Source of the DNA: Geopsychrobacteraceae bacterium
GTDB lineage: Bacteria > Desulfobacterota > Desulfuromonadia > Desulfuromonadales > Geopsychrobacteraceae
DNA length: 64,000 nucleotides
Direction of reading: 5' to 3'
Assembly (NCBI GenBank): GCA_963662315.1
Contig: OY759353.1
Location: forward strand, 4,256,001 to 4,320,000
A program made the translations under genes and the position numbers. Below the pieces are notes generated by a model that saw only the letters and a program-made list of their open reading frames with translations, did no database searches and was not told the DNA's origin. Shown here piece after piece: positions 59,583 to 64,000 of this stretch. Every line of letters begins with the position of its first letter. Positions within the stretch are counted from its first letter, which is position 1.

Positions 59583-61010
59583 ATGAGACGTTTGAGAAGC
59601 ACATTCTTACTGACTGTATTCATGGTATCCATGGTCGCTGGTTCAGCTTTTGCTGCAACCCCTAAATATGTTTTCTATTTCATCGGCGATGGTTTGGGCG
59701 CCTCGCAACGCCAGGTCGCTGAGTATTACGCTCAACAGGTTGCAGGTGATAGGTCGCTGAAGCTAGCTATGAACACTATGAGTGTTGTCGGGATCAATAC
59801 GACGTATTCCAGCGATTCCCTGGTGACGGATTCTGCTGCTGCCGGGACTGCTTTGGCCACTGGTTACAAGACCAATAACGGCGTCATCAGTCAACTGCCG
59901 AATGGTGAAAAGGTCAAAAGCCTGATTGAAGCTGCGCAGGAGCAAGGTTGGGCAACCGGGATTGTCACAACCACCCGCCTGACTCACGCCACCCCGGCGG
60001 TGTTTGCTTCCCACAATAAATCACGCGATGCCGAAAATGAAATCGCCGCTGATATGTCAGACAGTGGCGTTGATTTTTTTGTCGGCGGTGGCTTCCGTCA
60101 TTTCGTGAAACAAGGGGGGGCGTTCAAATCCAAGCGTAAGGACGACAGGGACCTGGTCCAGGAGATGAGAGTTGCCGGGTACCAGACTTTCGTCGGTGAA
60201 AAGTCGTCAGCGGCGTTCAAAAGCTTTGTCCCTGGAAAAGATTCCAAGGTCTTTGCGGCTTTAACCTATTCTCATATTCCTTATGAGCTTGATCGTATTA
60301 ACGACAACAATAACTCACTTCCTGCCCTGTCTGAAATGACCAACAAGGGCATTGACGTTCTCATGAGTCACGATAAGCCCTTCTTTTTTATGATTGAAGC
60401 CGGGCGTATCGATCACGCCTGTCATGCCAATGATGTTGCAGGTTCCATTTATGACACCCTGGCACTTGACGATGCTGTTAAAGTGGCCCTTGCTTTTTAT
60501 AAGCAACATCCCCAGGAAACTCTGATTGTACTGGTGGGTGATCATGAAACCGGTGGCCTGGGACTTGGTTTTGCTAAAAATTATTTTCTGAAAATGGACG
60601 CTGTCCAGTCGACCAAAGCATCAATAGAAGATGTGATGGTAAATGTTTATAGCGGAGACGTTGATGCCTACCTGAAGACCGTAGCTGAGCGCTTTGGTCT
60701 GGCAGACATGACTGTAGAAGAAAAACAACGCCTTATCGAAGCTGCCACGTTGCAGGATGCAGGCGCAAAAGATGCGGCCGCGTATGGTTCTTATTCACCG
60801 ACCCAGGTCGCTGTTGCCCATATTCTGAGTGAGCGCGCCAATGTTGAGTGGACAACTTTTGCCCATACCGCAACCCAGATTCCAATGGGGGCCGTCGGTG
60901 TTGATGCCATGAGTTTTATGGGCTTTAAAGATAACACTGAAATCGCCAAAACCATGGCTAGCGTCCTGCACTTTCAGCTGACCGAGAAACACTTGGCTTT
61001 GGCTCAGTAA
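59583..61010 (+). CDS. phoA: Alkaline phosphatase
   Basis: FIGDG, VTDSAAAGTALATG.KT.NG, THATPA, E.GRIDHACH.ND, DHETGG; signal peptide. Confidence 0.92.
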   Translation: MRRLRSTFLLTVFMVSMVAGSAFAATPKYVFYFIGDGLGASQRQVAEYYAQQVAGDRSLKLAMNTMSVVGINTTYSSDSLVTDSAAAGTALATGYKTNNGVISQLPNGEKVKSLIEAAQEQGWATGIVTTTRLTHATPAVFASHNKSRDAENEIAADMSDSGVDFFVGGGFRHFVKQGGAFKSKRKDDRDLVQEMRVAGYQTFVGEKSSAAFKSFVPGKDSKVFAALTYSHIPYELDRINDNNNSLPALSEMTNKGIDVLMSHDKPFFFMIEAGRIDHACHANDVAGSIYDTLALDDAVKVALAFYKQHPQETLIVLVGDHETGGLGLGFAKNYFLKMDAVQSTKASIEDVMVNVYSGDVDAYLKTVAERFGLADMTVEEKQRLIEAATLQDAGAKDAAAYGSYSPTQVAVAHILSERANVEWTTFAHTATQIPMGAVGVDAMSFMGFKDNTEIAKTMASVLHFQLTEKHLALAQ

Positions 61011-61090
61011 AAGGAACGGTCCATTTGTCTTTACTGCAAAAGGTACGATTTCAACGCTTATATTCTTATTGATATGAGCCGCAGCGGGAC

Positions 61091-62308
61091 TTGTCGGTGC
61101 GGCTCATAGAGTTTACAGGAAAACAAATAAAAGTGACTTCAGGAAAAGTTGTTTTTTTTATCATGATTCTTTTGTGCGGCCTGGGTCTCGGGACGATAGA
61201 GGCGGACTCTGAGCCTGTTCAGACCGACGTTGTTGAGTTGCGTGGGGTTGTTACTGCGGTCGATAATTCGGAGCTGATCTCATCCGGCGTCGGTCATTTA
61301 GGCAGTCAGACTCTTACCGTAACCGTGATGAACGGACCCTTTAAAGGACAGTCGATTGGTGCCAATAACGGCCTGATTGGATCCTTGGAGATTGATGAGA
61401 TCTATAGCCCCGGAGACACCGCTATTGTTGCTGCCCAGATAACAGGCGATGGAATCAGTTACGCGAAAACGATCAGTCAGTATCGCCAACGCTGGGAAGG
61501 CATTCTGTTTGCTGTCTTTGTTGTGTTGCTGGTGCTTTATGCCGGGACAGTCGGACTGAAAGCTTTACTGAGTTTTGTCGCCAGCGTTGTTATTCTGTGG
61601 GAATTTTTATTGCCCGGTCTACTGGCGGGGCAGAACCCGTTGCTGCTGACTGGCCTCACGTTGACGCTGCTGACCATAATGATCATTTTTCTGGTCGGTG
61701 GCGTGTCACGCAAAGCCGTAGCGGCAACCATTGGCACTCTGGCGGGCTTGGCGGTTGCTTTGCTGTTGACGGTTATTTTTGGTCAATTGCTCGAACTCAG
61801 CGGTATGACAGCGCCGTTTGCGCCCACCCTGATTCTTTCGGGACACTTTGACCTGAACATGCAGGAAATTTTTTACGCTGCTGTTGTGCTTGGGGCTTCA
61901 GGAGCCGCTATGGATATTGCCATGGATGTGGCGGCTTCGATGCTGGAGGTGAAACAGGCCTGCCCGGACATCAGCACAAGAAAGCTGCTGAATTCGGGAC
62001 TGAATGTCGGGCGGGCGGTTGTTGGCACCATGACGACCACCCTTTTGCTGGCCTATTCGGGAGGCTACCTGACCATGCTGATGCTGTTTGTCTCTAAAGA
62101 CACCTCGCTGCTGCGCATTTTGAATTTTAAAATGGTTGCCGCAGAGATCTTTCGCACTCTCGTTGGGAGTATCGGTCTGGTTGCTGTTGCTCCCCTTACC
62201 GCTCTTGTTGCGGCCTGGCTCTACAGGTCAATGCCGGTTGTGATGTTTCGGCACGAAGAACTGCAGATGCAGGTGCAAGAGGACATCCTGTCGGAGCCTG
62301 TTCGTTGA
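61091..62308 (+). CDS. YibE/F family membrane protein
   Basis: G..GLKAL.S, GASGA.MD.A.D, G..VGR...GTMTTTL.LAY.G; start uncertain (GTG 61133 possible). Confidence 0.88.
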   Translation: MSVRLIEFTGKQIKVTSGKVVFFIMILLCGLGLGTIEADSEPVQTDVVELRGVVTAVDNSELISSGVGHLGSQTLTVTVMNGPFKGQSIGANNGLIGSLEIDEIYSPGDTAIVAAQITGDGISYAKTISQYRQRWEGILFAVFVVLLVLYAGTVGLKALLSFVASVVILWEFLLPGLLAGQNPLLLTGLTLTLLTIMIIFLVGGVSRKAVAATIGTLAGLAVALLLTVIFGQLLELSGMTAPFAPTLILSGHFDLNMQEIFYAAVVLGASGAAMDIAMDVAASMLEVKQACPDISTRKLLNSGLNVGRAVVGTMTTTLLLAYSGGYLTMLMLFVSKDTSLLRILNFKMVAAEIFRTLVGSIGLVAVAPLTALVAAWLYRSMPVVMFRHEELQMQVQEDILSEPVR

Positions 62309-62335
62309 CAGACTCCGATCCGCTATTGTGCCCTG

Positions 62336-63115
62336 TTATAAAAACAGCTCTGGCTGCTTTGGTTCGCTGCAGTTTTTCAGCAACATCTCGCGTCTGACCT
62401 GAACATATTCATCGGTAAAGATCCGTGCACTGGTCGGGCAGCTTTTGACACAGGCACAGCAGATGATACAGTTGGCTGCGTCTGTTGTAACACTGTCTGT
62501 GACACGGATAACATCAACCGGGCAGACTTGCGCGCAGGTATTACACAGGGTGCAACTGGCTGTCGCTGTTTCCGGAGCGACCCCGCCAAAGGTCACGCGC
62601 TCCCGGTAAGGATGGTTGCCGGCAATGACGGGATCCTGATCAGGGCTTGCTTGCAATTTGTCCGCAATTTGCTGGCCAAACTGCAGGGCCTGTTTGCAGT
62701 CATTATCATCTGGTCGGCTTAGAGCGACCGGATAGTCTTTGGTCGCATAGGAATGTTCACCGATAAACGCCCCGGCAGCAACGACTTTGAAACCATGCCC
62801 TTCAACCACATCGCGCAGTTCAACCAGCGCATCCTCATAGGCCCGGTTACCATACAGGGCAACCAGTACTGCCGGAGTGCCGGTACCCGTAATTTCGGCA
62901 AAGCGCTCAAGGCAGACTTCAGGAACTCGGCCGGCGTAAACCGGTATCCCGAAAATGACGATACCATCGCTAATTATAAAATCGTTGGCGGTGCCTGGCC
63001 GGGTCAGGTCGTGGTCTATAATACTGCCAGGATTCAAGCCTGTGGCAATCTGTTTGACGATGGTTCTGGTGGTGCCGGTCGGTGAAAAATAGACAAGATG
63101 TGCGACTGAAGTCAT
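62336..63115 (-). CDS. EFR1-type flavodoxin/4Fe-4S ferredoxin fusion protein
   Basis: YFSPTGTT, PVYAGRVP, YGNR.Y.DAL.EL, and two CxxCxxCxxxCP motifs. Confidence 0.88.
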   Translation of the reverse strand: MTSVAHLVYFSPTGTTRTIVKQIATGLNPGSIIDHDLTRPGTANDFIISDGIVIFGIPVYAGRVPEVCLERFAEITGTGTPAVLVALYGNRAYEDALVELRDVVEGHGFKVVAAGAFIGEHSYATKDYPVALSRPDDNDCKQALQFGQQIADKLQASPDQDPVIAGNHPYRERVTFGGVAPETATASCTLCNTCAQVCPVDVIRVTDSVTTDAANCIICCACVKSCPTSARIFTDEYVQVRREMLLKNCSEPKQPELFL

Positions 63116-63189
63116 GACAGGTCTCCTGTAAGATGAATAACAATCAATCAGGGCAACCGTGCTGGTAGGGGCACCGTTGCCCATCCCCT

Positions 63190-63852
63190 TTACCAGGGGA
63201 GATTTTCGCCGTTGGTATGCCAGAAAGAACCGCTGTTATCCAGCGTCAGTTCTTCGATCCTGGCGATCAGGCCGATGGCAGAGTCTTCCGGGGTGATCAT
63301 TCCCCCAAAATTAACCATGCGGGTTTTAACAAAACCGGGGTGCAGCAGCGCTACCGCAATGCCGCGCTCTTTAAGATCCATTGCCAGGGATTTGCCAAAG
63401 GCATTGAGCGCTGCTTTAGAGGCACGGTAACCGTAACGACCACCGGATGTATTGTCCGTAATCGAGCCCATGCGGCTGGTAATAAGGGCAATCTTGCTCC
63501 CGTTGGTGAGGTTTGGCAAGAGTGTTTCGGTGACCCGCAAAGGGGCATAGGCATTGATTTCCATCTGAGCCCGGATCGAATCCAAGTCAATGGAACCAAG
63601 GACTTCATCCTGCAACAGACCGGCATTGTTGATCAGCAGATCAATGCTGTCGTCTTTCAGTTCGCTGGCCAGTTTGACTAAGCTTGCAGCGCGGGTGACA
63701 TCAATACCGGTGATAACTCTGGCAGCAACCCGTTCAATCCCTGGTGCAGAGGAACGACAGACAGCGGTAATCCGCCAGCCATGCTTTTGATATTGTTCGG
63801 CCAGAGCTAACCCGATACCACGGTTTGCTCCGGTGATAACGACATGTTTCAT
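63190..63852 (-). CDS. Short-chain dehydrogenase/reductase (CsgA-like)
   Basis: TGANRGIG, NNAG, SRMGSI.DN..G..YGYRASK, HPG.V.T.M. Confidence 0.92.
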   Translation of the reverse strand: MKHVVITGANRGIGLALAEQYQKHGWRITAVCRSSAPGIERVAARVITGIDVTRAASLVKLASELKDDSIDLLINNAGLLQDEVLGSIDLDSIRAQMEINAYAPLRVTETLLPNLTNGSKIALITSRMGSITDNTSGGRYGYRASKAALNAFGKSLAMDLKERGIAVALLHPGFVKTRMVNFGGMITPEDSAIGLIARIEELTLDNSGSFWHTNGENLPW

Positions 63853-64000
63853 ATTTTACTCCTGACGATTTGAAATGGACATATTTTTAATTTACCTTAT
63901 TGCCAGTATAGGTCGTCTCCAGGTCAGATTTCAAATTGTGGTGCTGGTTATGAAAAAGCTTGAAAGAGGTACCTCGTTCTGTCAGGCCTTAAATTGAAAC

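Overview
A 64-kb chromosomal window of mid-range GC content. The gene content and the GEMM riboswitch form suggest an anaerobic Desulfuromonadia/Geobacteraceae-like deltaproteobacterium (inference). It is a mosaic of accessory and housekeeping genes. Transport: two TetR-regulated RND efflux operons, one with an unusual RND-TolC fusion protein. Signalling: PAS hybrid kinase, sensor kinase, two diguanylate cyclases, HDOD and PilZ proteins, and a c-di-GMP-I riboswitch. Mobile DNA: a complete IS1380 inserted between a quinone oxidoreductase and its HxlR-type regulator. Cofactor and amino acid genes: bluB, a cobalamin riboswitch with cbiK, and a trpR-trpE-trpG cassette with an E. coli-type operator between two sigma54/PEP-box PEP-CTERM genes. 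Others: UvrD/Rep helicase, YegD Hsp70, reverse rubrerythrin and alkaline phosphatase-YibE/F. The most unusual items are (i) a tandemly duplicated ~453-bp noncoding element with inverted hairpin termini and compensatory base changes, (ii) the RND-OMF fusion with an internal signal-peptide-like linker, (iii) a DatZ-like HD hydrolase at the left edge missed by the ORF track, and (iv) an AT-rich islet carrying an M15 peptidase. No rRNA, tRNA or CRISPR array was seen. All product calls come from motif recognition by eye; no database searches were run.
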